37,430 nt of DNA from Chlamydiota bacterium. Its GTDB lineage: Bacteria > Chlamydiota > Chlamydiia > Chlamydiales > VGMA01. The translations under genes were made by a program, and so were the position numbers. Of the stretch, positions 10,019 through 18,724 are shown one piece after another. The DNA is taken from the NCBI GenBank assembly GCA_016866575.1, contig VGMA01000003.1:1-37430 (forward strand). Direction: 5' to 3'. The stretch's first letter is position 1. The number at the start of each line of letters is the position of its first letter. A model generated the notes under the pieces. That model ran no database searches. It had not been told where the DNA came from and saw only the letters and a list, made by a program, of their open reading frames with translations.

Positions 10019-10800
10019 ACGCTCCTTGTAGCTTCGTAAATGCTAAGGCATTGATCAAGAAGTTTAGGAAGACAATCTAGATTGAGCATATTGGTCGCAT
10101 CACTTTTTGCTTTTTCAGGCTCAGGATGCGTTTCTAAAAAGATCATATCAGCCCCAGCAGCAACAGCAGCTTTGACTAAAGGAAAAATGAATCTGCGATC
10201 TCCTCCGGTAGTCTCTCCATTGGTCCCTGGAAGTTGAACAGAGTGTGTTCCATCATAGCATACGGGATATCCAAATTCTTGCATGATCGGAATAGATCTA
10301 AAATCACTTACGAGATTGTTGTAGCCAAAACTTGCGCCTCGATCAGTAAGTATGATTTTTTTATTGTTGGTACTCTCTATTTTTCTTACTGCATGGATCA
10401 TGTCTTTAGGTGCAACAAATTGCCCTTTTTTGATATTTATCGTTTTTCCGGTCTTTCCAGCTTCGACAAGCAGATCTGTTTGTCTACACAAAAATGCAGG
10501 GATTTGTAAGACATCACAAACTTCTGCGACAGGCTCTGCTTGTTCAGGAAGGTGGATGTCAGTCAAGACAGGTACATGGTAGGTGCTTTTGACTTTTGCA
10601 AGGATTCTTAATCCTTCTTTAAGGCCAGGGCCTCTATAGGAATTGATCGACGAGCGGTTGGCTTTATCGAAGCTTCCTTTGAAAAACCAAGAGATATTGC
10701 GCTCTTTACAAAATGAAGAGACTTCATGAGCGATTTCTAAAGCAAGCGCCTCAGATTCGAGAACGCAAGGGCCGAGAATGAAAGATAGTTTGTTTGTCAT
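10015..10800 (-). CDS. kdsA: 3-deoxy-D-manno-octulosonate 8-phosphate synthase
   Basis: Motifs GPCVLE, FDKANRSS, TDIH, QIPAFLCRQTDL, KKGQF, DGTHSVQ and ETHP. Confidence 0.97.
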   Translation of the reverse strand: MTNKLSFILGPCVLESEALALEIAHEVSSFCKERNISWFFKGSFDKANRSSINSYRGPGLKEGLRILAKVKSTYHVPVLTDIHLPEQAEPVAEVCDVLQIPAFLCRQTDLLVEAGKTGKTINIKKGQFVAPKDMIHAVRKIESTNNKKIILTDRGASFGYNNLVSDFRSIPIMQEFGYPVCYDGTHSVQLPGTNGETTGGDRRFIFPLVKAAVAAGADMIFLETHPEPEKAKSDATNMLNLDCLPKLLDQCLSIYEATRSV

Positions 10801-10819
10801 AGCTTGCAGTATATACTAA

Positions 10820-11560
10820 TTACATAATAGCGAGCAAGTCGGCCATTTGATAAAGACCTTTCGGTTTTTGATGCAAAAATTCGATGGCTTTGATAGCTCC
10901 TTCTGCATAAAGGTCTCTTGAAAGGGCTTTATGCGTTAGCTCAATCACTTCACTTGCTGATTCAAAACAGATCTTATGCACTCCTACGATCTCATCTTCT
11001 CTATGAGAGATAAGCTCTGGAGACGTTTTGAGTTTAGATGCAAGAAAAAGAGCTGTGCCGCTTGGAGCATCTTTTTTATTTTTGTGGTGCCATTCTTCAA
11101 TGGTAACCTTTGCATTTTTGTGAAAAGCTTCTTCGCAAATTTGCATGAACTTTGCCAAGAAGGGGATTCCTAATGAAAAGTTAGGGGCCCGTAAAATTGG
11201 AATATGGGTGGAGATTTCTTCAACCAATTTTTCAGTAGAGCTTTGATAACCTGTAGCTCCTATAATTAGAGCTTTTTCACTTCTGAGGACATGCGGAATG
11301 TATCTGGACAGGGCATCTGGATGAGAAACATCGATGATGACATCAGAGTCTCTGCACATTTTTTCATAATTTGCATGAAAAAGTAAAGGGAGCGGGCAAG
11401 ATGGAAAAAACGTGCTTAAGGGCTTGCCGATAAGTGGGCTTTTAGGTCTTACGATGGCATGTTCTAATGAAATCGTTGAGCTTTCAAGAAGTTTTAATAC
11501 GATTTTTGAGCCCAGTTTGCCTGTAGCTCCGATGAGGGCAACGCGAATAGATTTCTGCAT
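10820..11560 (-). CDS. dapB: 4-hydroxy-tetrahydrodipicolinate reductase
   Basis: GATGKLG Rossmann motif, GATG, APNFSLG, signature EWHHKNKKDAPSGTA and HKALSR. Confidence 0.95.
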   Translation of the reverse strand: MQKSIRVALIGATGKLGSKIVLKLLESSTISLEHAIVRPKSPLIGKPLSTFFPSCPLPLLFHANYEKMCRDSDVIIDVSHPDALSRYIPHVLRSEKALIIGATGYQSSTEKLVEEISTHIPILRAPNFSLGIPFLAKFMQICEEAFHKNAKVTIEEWHHKNKKDAPSGTALFLASKLKTSPELISHREDEIVGVHKICFESASEVIELTHKALSRDLYAEGAIKAIEFLHQKPKGLYQMADLLAIM

Positions 11561-11643
11561 TTTAAAAAATTCTTACATTAAAAATTTGTTGTATATATCA
11601 TAAAGATTACGTTAATTTTTTGCAAAACGTATAAGGAGTAGGT

Positions 11644-13839
11644 ATGTTACAAAGAATGCACTCAGATGGCAGCTACTATATAGGTAGAGATGCTTGTATA
11701 CCGCTTGAAGATGAGGTATCTCATTGCGTAGAAGGGTTTAACAAAACTTTAAAAGCGATAGCTTCTACATTTAAAAATGCAAGGCCTGAAGAAGCAGATC
11801 TGCAAACAGATCAATTAGTTTTAAAAACGCACATCAAAAAAATGGAAAGGCTTCGCAAAAGAATAGAAATCAATTTAGAAGAGGTAAGCTCAAAAAATAT
11901 CCAATCACGGATAGGCTGCTGCGGGGTGGGGCTAAAAGTCATGAAAGTTGAATATGCAGCAGATGTAACAACGATCGTTTTGAGTATACTCAATAACTTG
12001 ATGAAAACAGGTGATTTATCTTCGACAAGTCGCATAGGCTGGGCCGCTTTGGCTGTGCAAGGATGCGGGCAAATTTTGTCAAAAATAGGGGATAATGCCA
12101 ATGCAGAAAAGCTTGTACAAGAAAGAAAAGTGACTGAGCTTCGAGATCTTAAAGCCCGTCTTTGCGGATTAGAAAGAGCTAAAACTATGGTTAAGCTCTT
12201 TGGGCTTTTTGAGGCCCTTCGGAAAGGAGAAAGGGAGATGAACGCAAAAAATATTCGCAAAGGGATTCGCCTATGTGGAGCTATACCAGAAGAATACTGC
12301 GATCTCATCAATCCTGAAATCGCTATGGCTCAGATTTGCAATCTAACAAAAATAGATGTGCGTAATTTGAGCCCTTATTCTGATTTGGCTGATGAAATAG
12401 TGAGAGTAGTAGAGAGAACTACGCCCCCTCCAAGCTCTAAAGATGATGAAGCATTAGCTACAGGATCAAATCACAGCACCATATCCGATCCAGGGGATCT
12501 CACTTTATTATTAAAAAAGTGGAATCGCGTTCATTACAATCTCAATAGCGCGTTAGACACGGTCAATGACATGTTAGAAACAGGGCCGAATGATAAGCAA
12601 AAATTGAGTTTTGTTTCGATCAATCAAATATTGAGTCAGGGGGTTAAGGATCTAAAGGTTCTTTACCGCTATGCGAATGATATGGCAAATATAACGGATC
12701 CTAAAGTGAGAAATTGTTCTTACGAAACTGAGCTTCTTTTTTACTCTGTTGTCGAGACTATCGTCACCATCGTAAGTGGAATTAGCTTTGTAATTTTTAA
12801 TTTACAAAACCAGCAAAATATACAAGTAATCTGGATTACAGGACTCATCATTGTATTAGGTCCAATCATTTCAAAAATCAATAAATTCAATACTAGTAAG
12901 GCTATTGATTTAGAGATCGACCGTCAGCTTCTTTTGAAGGTTAAGGAGGGCAAAGGCTTCATAGAGGGCATCGAGGCTCTTATGACAACGCTCAAATCGA
13001 TTGAAGATACACAAGAATATCTTTCTCCTGAAGTGGTTAAACAAGCCATTGACTCATGTAAACAATCAGATCCATTTAAAGATATTGGGGGCGCTGTAGA
13101 AGTAAAAGCTGCATCTAAAAGCCATTTTGCAGCAACGACTTTATTCCAAAAAGAGGAGGAGGTGGAGTTAAAAGAGCTTCGTAGGCAAACAAAAATTTCA
13201 AGCGATAGAGTTAGAAGACAAAAAGGACCTAGCAGTTCATCAAGCATGGCATGTTGCGTGAAAAAAAGATATATAGAGGTTTGTGAGCCAAATTTTCGCG
13301 AAGACTCTTCTCACGGCAATCGCTCAGAGACCGATAGCGAGCCTGATATCAATATAGATTCTTCAGGAGATGAAAAAATGATGACACCAATAGCAAAGGT
13401 GGCTTTAAGTCCCGGCGGGCTTCAAAGAACAAATTCTGTTTCCAATAGCAAAGGCTCCAGAGAGGAGATTTTGGCATATGTCGCTATGCAGTGTCAAAAA
13501 GCCTCTAGCGGAGACTCGCCAACAGTAACGCCTGGAATCCACTTGGAATTTCCTAATCATGGATCTGTTGTAGCCCAAGATGAAAAGCTCGGAACGCCTC
13601 AGGGACTATTTATACAAGGTGCAATAGCTGCTTCTGGTTTAAAGGGCTCAGGCGAGGAAATTTTGGCATTTGCTGCTGAGCAGTATCAAAAAGTCTTAGA
13701 TGGGGGTATTTCTATCGCAATACCGGGAATGCGCTTAGAAATAACTAATAATGAATCTGTTAAGAGCGAAGGTCAAAGATTGGAAACACCTCATGGCCTA
13801 TTTATAGAAGATTCGATAAAAGGGGAGGAATTGGTATAA
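11644..13839 (+). CDS. Hypothetical membrane protein with internal duplications (Inc/effector-like)
   Basis: 731-aa ORF with AAGGAG RBS. Bilobed hydrophobic segment at about aa 364-411, coiled-coil stretches and a Ser-rich tail. Confidence 0.75.
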   Translation: MLQRMHSDGSYYIGRDACIPLEDEVSHCVEGFNKTLKAIASTFKNARPEEADLQTDQLVLKTHIKKMERLRKRIEINLEEVSSKNIQSRIGCCGVGLKVMKVEYAADVTTIVLSILNNLMKTGDLSSTSRIGWAALAVQGCGQILSKIGDNANAEKLVQERKVTELRDLKARLCGLERAKTMVKLFGLFEALRKGEREMNAKNIRKGIRLCGAIPEEYCDLINPEIAMAQICNLTKIDVRNLSPYSDLADEIVRVVERTTPPPSSKDDEALATGSNHSTISDPGDLTLLLKKWNRVHYNLNSALDTVNDMLETGPNDKQKLSFVSINQILSQGVKDLKVLYRYANDMANITDPKVRNCSYETELLFYSVVETIVTIVSGISFVIFNLQNQQNIQVIWITGLIIVLGPIISKINKFNTSKAIDLEIDRQLLLKVKEGKGFIEGIEALMTTLKSIEDTQEYLSPEVVKQAIDSCKQSDPFKDIGGAVEVKAASKSHFAATTLFQKEEEVELKELRRQTKISSDRVRRQKGPSSSSSMACCVKKRYIEVCEPNFREDSSHGNRSETDSEPDINIDSSGDEKMMTPIAKVALSPGGLQRTNSVSNSKGSREEILAYVAMQCQKASSGDSPTVTPGIHLEFPNHGSVVAQDEKLGTPQGLFIQGAIAASGLKGSGEEILAFAAEQYQKVLDGGISIAIPGMRLEITNNESVKSEGQRLETPHGLFIEDSIKGEELV
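13450..13833 (+). repeat. Degenerate intragenic tandem repeat, 192-nt (64-aa) period, two copies
   Basis: aaaggctccagagaggagattttggcat at 13450 vs aagggctcaggcgaggaaattttggcat at 13642. The protein pattern KGS-EEILA...QK...PG..LE...SV...L.TP.GLFI occurs twice. Confidence 0.9.
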
Positions 13840-13862
13840 ATCTGATATTCTTGAAATATCGC

Positions 13863-13891
13863 TTGAAAATCGTAAGACGATTAAGTATACT
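13863..13891 (+). promoter_or_regulatory. Sigma70/sigma66-type promoter of tRNA-Arg(TCT)
   Basis: TTGAAA (13863-13868), 17 nt, TATACT (13886-13891); 12 nt before the tRNA. Confidence 0.7.
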
Positions 13892-13903
13892 CTAGGGAAA
13901 TTT

Positions 13904-13976
13904 GGACTGGTAGCTCAGTGGATAGAGCATCCGCCTTCTAAGCGGATGGTCGCAGGTTCGAGTCCTGCCCAGTCCG
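13904..13976 (+). tRNA. tRNA-Arg(TCT)
   Basis: Cloverleaf: acceptor GGACTGG/CCAGTCC, D arm GCTC/GAGC, anticodon arm TCCGC-CTTCTAA-GCGGA, T arm GCAGG-TTCGAGT-CCTGC. CCA not encoded. Confidence 0.97.
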
Positions 13977-13995
13977 ATATCCTTAGGGTGTCGCC

Positions 13996-16614
13996 ATGAT
14001 AAGCAAAAAACAAGCGGCTTCTTTTATAGAATTCAAAGGATCTCTCTTAGGAGATGTAGAATTCCTTTCATCCTCTTTTCCTGAAATAGAAGAAGTTTTT
14101 GCCCTTTTCCATTTACCGGAATTTAGAGATCTTCCTATTTTTCAAAAGCATGACAGAGTCTCTAAAAAACTTTGCGAGTTAATAGCAGAGCACAGCACCC
14201 CTTGTTTTCTTCTACCTGCTGTGGTTGATTACATTTCTAGGGTGCAGCTGCTTTTACCGACATACAACTTTGTCAGTTTTGAATTCTGGCTGAACCAGTA
14301 CTCTGGGCTTTCGTTTGAAGAAAATTTCAAAATACGGGGTAAGATCGCTGGAAAGTATCTTCAAAGAGATGATTACCAGACCTATTTTCCCATCGGTTTA
14401 GATAAGCAACATCCAGGATCTCACTTTGTACTAGCTCATTTTTCTCCTGATATCGATACTACGGTCGCTTCTTATTGGGGTTTTGTAGATGCTTTTGCTG
14501 CTAAAGTAGCAGAAGGTCTTCACCACTGGATTGTTCCCGAAAGGCTGCCAGACAACCCGATAGAAATGGATCTTTTGTTCCACCGTATTTTTGGATCCAA
14601 CACCTTTCAGGTTTTAGCAAGCCTTCGCCGCGGCATACGGGTCACAGCTCTTGATCTTATGACACAAAAAGGTATTGTCAAAAAGACGCTTGGGGAAAAA
14701 TCGTACGGAATTGAGCATGAAAGAAGCTCACATGCGGTGATTTTAGTCGATGATGCAGGAAATTACTTAGGGGACTGGAGAGCGGTTGATCTTGATACTG
14801 TGCGTGGTTTGATCTACGTGTTCAATGAATATCTTCGCCATGTTGAAAGCTTTATCCATCAAAAATTGATTGCGATTTTTGCAAAGAGTAATTTGACTAA
14901 AAAAGATGTAGAGACTGAGCTTAAAGAGATCTTGAGTCGATGTCTGACCGATTATGAAATGAATGATGCCAACTGCTTTTATATTGATGCATTCATGAAA
15001 GAGGTTCTTTTAATCGAAGCAGGGGAGTCGGCTACTTTTGATCAATTTGCAAAAGGAGTTAGCGCTTTTGGCTTGGATGGTTTCAACAAATTCAAAAAAG
15101 AGCTAGAAAGCCTCCATTCGTCTACAATATTTGATCAAAAAGGGTTGATTATTGAAAATCGCCCGCAGATCTTTGCTCTATTGGATAAAATTTTATTCTC
15201 GCTCACGGAAGCATTTAGTGAATTTAGACGTTATGTAGACACACTTGGATGCGCCCTTGATATCAAACGTAAAGTCTTTGAGCACAATCCACACTACTTA
15301 AGCCACCAAACAGAGCTATCTGATATCCAAGAGCAGATGAAAAACTATAGCCACATGACGGTAAACTATCGTGAGCCTACCGGCAAGTACTCTGTCATGG
15401 GAGCTGTTTATGCTTCTACACTGCAAAAAAGTGTTCTTGGAACGGCATCTTTACGAGATTTCGGCAACTTTGATGAAGCAGAGATCCCTTCATATATCAC
15501 GCCAATCAGTCTTTTAGATCACCACCGCGTAGATATGAAAACGCCAAAAGCTGCAAGATTTGTAATCTCTGATGTGCAGTCATGCAACGTAATAGTGGCA
15601 GATCTTGCGATGAAGATCAATGATCGTTATAGCGATCATTTGATGAGTAAAGAGCTCATTGAAAAAGAGCTTCAAGAGGAAATGAAAAAGAAAGCAACCG
15701 CTTCTACACTCCGTGTAATGCAGAGATTGCTTTTGAGAAAAAGTCTTATCAATGAAAACAGTCCTTATTTTGTCAGCATAGAAAGAGAATTTGTCGAGTA
15801 TTTACACTTCCTCTATGCAATTTTAGATGATACCGACTTTTTGACAAAGACGACTCTTTTAGATGTTGAATGTGTTGCATCGCTAGTAAATAGACTCAAA
15901 TCTCTTTTCAGTAAAAAAGAGGTGGAAGTGATCCACTTTGATGATATTGCCCGCGATGGGGATTTTGTAAAAAATGCGACTAAAAAGCTGCAAAAGAACG
16001 AAGATCTCTACTCTCTTTATCACAAAGTGTATAAAGGAAAAGAGCTTTTGATCGAAAAGACGATCGAAGAGCTCGATAACGCTTTATTCCAAGATACAAA
16101 AACGCAAAATGGATGCGCTTCAGTTGGGCAGTTTAAAATCTATTGTCCAAATATCCCAACACTCGAGCGGCATCGCAATAGAATTTACTCTCTTTTTGTC
16201 CAAAGAGCGGAAGAGATCTACCGTAAAGATGAAAAAATCGATATGCATCTTTTTATGGTGACAACGCTCATATCAGCAGAAGAGCTCCATTTGGGTAAAT
16301 CAGATCGTTATGAGCACAAAGATGTTCTTTGCTGCTGGTATCCGCAAGAAAGTAAAAAAGGTGCGCTCCATCTAAAGTACTTCTTGCAAGAGTTTTTCGC
16401 TTTATCCTCGATGAAGGATATGGATATTGAAGTTAGCGTGTATGGACCAAGAAGAGAAGAGTTTCGCCGTTTGGTAGAAGGAGCGGCAAAAAGGCCTTTA
16501 ATAAAGATCGAAGAATTTGCCAAAGAAAAAGCTTCTTTGCTTGTGATCAAAGTAGATCCTACTTCTATTAACTCTAGAAAAGCAAAAATTACCCCCTGCT
16601 TGCCATGGAATTAG
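13996..16614 (+). CDS. Divergent family II (Mn-dependent, DHH/DHHA2) inorganic pyrophosphatase-like protein with CBS-like domains and insertions
   Basis: AHFSPDIDT, LRDF, LLDHHR, DVQSC, AILDDT, QDTK...VGQ and C-terminal SRKAKITP occur in PpaC motif order. Two CBS-like segments lie in between. Confidence 0.75.
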   Translation: MISKKQAASFIEFKGSLLGDVEFLSSSFPEIEEVFALFHLPEFRDLPIFQKHDRVSKKLCELIAEHSTPCFLLPAVVDYISRVQLLLPTYNFVSFEFWLNQYSGLSFEENFKIRGKIAGKYLQRDDYQTYFPIGLDKQHPGSHFVLAHFSPDIDTTVASYWGFVDAFAAKVAEGLHHWIVPERLPDNPIEMDLLFHRIFGSNTFQVLASLRRGIRVTALDLMTQKGIVKKTLGEKSYGIEHERSSHAVILVDDAGNYLGDWRAVDLDTVRGLIYVFNEYLRHVESFIHQKLIAIFAKSNLTKKDVETELKEILSRCLTDYEMNDANCFYIDAFMKEVLLIEAGESATFDQFAKGVSAFGLDGFNKFKKELESLHSSTIFDQKGLIIENRPQIFALLDKILFSLTEAFSEFRRYVDTLGCALDIKRKVFEHNPHYLSHQTELSDIQEQMKNYSHMTVNYREPTGKYSVMGAVYASTLQKSVLGTASLRDFGNFDEAEIPSYITPISLLDHHRVDMKTPKAARFVISDVQSCNVIVADLAMKINDRYSDHLMSKELIEKELQEEMKKKATASTLRVMQRLLLRKSLINENSPYFVSIEREFVEYLHFLYAILDDTDFLTKTTLLDVECVASLVNRLKSLFSKKEVEVIHFDDIARDGDFVKNATKKLQKNEDLYSLYHKVYKGKELLIEKTIEELDNALFQDTKTQNGCASVGQFKIYCPNIPTLERHRNRIYSLFVQRAEEIYRKDEKIDMHLFMVTTLISAEELHLGKSDRYEHKDVLCCWYPQESKKGALHLKYFLQEFFALSSMKDMDIEVSVYGPRREEFRRLVEGAAKRPLIKIEEFAKEKASLLVIKVDPTSINSRKAKITPCLPWN

Positions 16615-17159
16615 TCCCTGTAGATCCAAGAATTGTTGTTGATTTGCGCTATGCAACAGCAAACAATTTCGTCGGTAGAGCTGTATACAATTTTGATGTC
16701 TGCTTGGTTTTAGAGCCGGTTGCAAAAGCGCTTTCAAGGGTGCAAGACCGACTTGAAACATTGGGAATGGGTTTGAAGATTTGGGATGGATATCGTCCTT
16801 TCAGCGTACAAGAGCTTTTTTGGGAAATCGTGCAAGATGACCGTTATGTAGCACCTCCTTCGATGGGAGGCAGGCACACAAGAGGAACTGCTGTCGATGT
16901 GACGCTTGTGGATAAAGAGGGGCGCGAATTAGATATGCCAACTCCATTTGATGAGTTTTCTGATAGAGCGCACAGAATTTATGTGTCTGAAGATCCGCTA
17001 AAAGAGCTCCACACAAGGCTTTTAGAAAAAGTGATGAAAGAAGAGGGTTTTATCGGTCTTGCAACGGAGTGGTGGCATTTTGATTTTCAGGATTGGCAGA
17101 ATTACCCTGTCTTGTTTTTTGATCCTGTTTGTGGAAGGTATGACTCCCACAAACAGTAA
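16605..17159 (+). CDS. ddpX: D-alanyl-D-alanine dipeptidase (VanX/DdpX, peptidase M15D)
   Basis: Motifs DLRYATANNF, WDGYRP, HTRGTAVD, DMPTPFDEF and EWWHF. Confidence 0.92.
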   Translation: MELVPVDPRIVVDLRYATANNFVGRAVYNFDVCLVLEPVAKALSRVQDRLETLGMGLKIWDGYRPFSVQELFWEIVQDDRYVAPPSMGGRHTRGTAVDVTLVDKEGRELDMPTPFDEFSDRAHRIYVSEDPLKELHTRLLEKVMKEEGFIGLATEWWHFDFQDWQNYPVLFFDPVCGRYDSHKQ

Positions 17160-17168
17160 GAGGAGATA

Positions 17169-17444
17169 TCAATCTTCTGATTTATGATCGTGAGATTTTT
17201 GTCCTTCTTGTCCTTCCTCAAGGATTTCGAGGTTAACGCGGATACCGTTGCGGCTAGCTACTGACTGAAGAAGATTTCTTACAGAGTTGATGGTCTTTCC
17301 TTTTTTCCCGATGATTTTACCAATATCTGATTTAGCAACGCTAAGTTCAAGAATACGTACGTTAGTTCCCCCGATCTCTTTAATAGTAACTAGGTCAGGA
17401 TTATCTACGAGATTTTTTACGATGTATCCGACAAATTCTTTCAT
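17169..17444 (-). CDS. khpA: KH-domain RNA-binding protein KhpA (UPF0109)
   Basis: MKEFVGYIVKNLVDNP and DIGKIIGKKGKTI (GxxG loop). AAGGA RBS. Confidence 0.92.
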   Translation of the reverse strand: MKEFVGYIVKNLVDNPDLVTIKEIGGTNVRILELSVAKSDIGKIIGKKGKTINSVRNLLQSVASRNGIRVNLEILEEGQEGQKSHDHKSED

Positions 17445-17507
17445 GTTTCGTTCCTTGTTGGTGGTTTCCGGACATGGACTTAGGATAATGAAGCTAAAGA
17501 TATTTCG

Positions 17508-18410
17508 CTATAATTTTTGTTGCCATGATGTAATGGCATTAGGCAGAGGCGCTTGTATGCAAATAGGTGTGTTTAAAAATGGATGTATGAAAGAGATTTT
17601 GTAAGCATGAAGTAGTTGTTTTGCTTCGCTAAGCTCTTCATTTAAGGATTTTGATCCATACACAGAGTCGCCTAAAATAGGGTGGCCCACAGCTTTGAGA
17701 TGCACTCTGATTTGGTGCGTTCTTCCTGTGCGAGGACGAGCCTCCACTAATGAAAAAGCGCCGTTGGTCTTTAAATTGATGATGGTTGTCTCAGCGGCTT
17801 TGCCTGATTCAACGATGGCCATCTCTTTTCTTTTTGTGGGATGTCTTCCGATAGGCAAGGTGATTTTTTGATCTTTTACATTCCCTATACAGACAGCAAT
17901 GTAGGTCTTTTCCATCAGGCGATTTTGGAAGAGTTCGCCTAATTTCCAGTGCGCTCTTTCTGTTTTTGCAACAAGTATTACTCCTGATGTTTCTTTATCA
18001 AGGCGGTGGACGATTCCAGGTCTTAAAGGAGCATTATCGATGAGAGGTAAGGATTTTAGGCGAAAGAGTAGGGCAGAGACAAGAGTGCCTTTCGGATTTC
18101 CAGGAGCAGGGTGCACTACCATATCGTTGGATTTATTGATCGCGATGATATCATCATCTTCGTAAAGAACATCTAACGGAATATTTTCAGGTTCTAATTT
18201 TAGCTCATCTGAGTAGACAAATTCGATTTCGATTTCATCGCCCGCTTTGACTTTTTCACGCTTTTTTTTGTGAACGCCGTTGACTAGAACGTATTCATTT
18301 TCAATTAGATGCTCAAAATATGAACGGGAAAATCCATCAAATAAGCGCGCAAGGGCTTGATCTAGACGCACATTGTCTAGTTGTTGATCAATCTTAGTAT
18401 ATGTCGTCAT
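17508..18410 (-). CDS. rluD: RluA/RluD family 23S rRNA pseudouridine synthase
   Basis: N-terminal S4-like RLD...SRS, then VVHPAPG, RPGIVHRLDKETSG and TGRTHQIRVH. Confidence 0.92.
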   Translation of the reverse strand: MTTYTKIDQQLDNVRLDQALARLFDGFSRSYFEHLIENEYVLVNGVHKKKREKVKAGDEIEIEFVYSDELKLEPENIPLDVLYEDDDIIAINKSNDMVVHPAPGNPKGTLVSALLFRLKSLPLIDNAPLRPGIVHRLDKETSGVILVAKTERAHWKLGELFQNRLMEKTYIAVCIGNVKDQKITLPIGRHPTKRKEMAIVESGKAAETTIINLKTNGAFSLVEARPRTGRTHQIRVHLKAVGHPILGDSVYGSKSLNEELSEAKQLLHAYKISFIHPFLNTPICIQAPLPNAITSWQQKL

Positions 18411-18684
18411 CGCCTTCGAGAGCCTTTTTGAGCTTTTCAGAAGCTTCGTGGGCTTTTTGTTGATCTTTTTTCATTTGATTCATGATATTTTTTTCCATCT
18501 GCTCTTTGAATTTTTTTGATTCTTCAGGGCTAAAATATCCACCAAATGACCAAGGATCATTAGGATCAGAAGCGGTTTGTCCTGTGGTTTCTTCAGTAGA
18601 AAAAGGGGCAGGATTCGAAGATGGATTACTACTCGAAGAGGAAGTAAAAGAACTATTAGGATTTATAGGGCTGCTTTCTGACAT
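18394..18684 (-). CDS. Small hypothetical protein with a Ser/Pro/Asn-rich N-terminus and a helical C-terminus
   Basis: Overlaps the rluD start by 17 nt. Start uncertain (18684 or 18702). Composition resembles small chlamydial secreted proteins. Confidence 0.65.
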   Translation of the reverse strand: MSESSPINPNSSFTSSSSSNPSSNPAPFSTEETTGQTASDPNDPWSFGGYFSPEESKKFKEQMEKNIMNQMKKDQQKAHEASEKLKKALEGDDDIY

Positions 18685-18724
18685 ATATGTTACTATACTC
18701 ATTGTACAACATTTTCGAGCTTTT

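Noticed and set aside
13904-13976. tRNA-anchored genomic island or prophage at either tRNA-Arg
   Set aside because: No integrase and no duplicated tRNA 3' end (att site) is visible in the window.
18482-18724. 81-aa N-terminal extension of the serine hydrolase shown in the ORF track
   Set aside because: It is the antisense shadow of the small Ser-rich gene. A clear signal peptide begins at ATG 18725.
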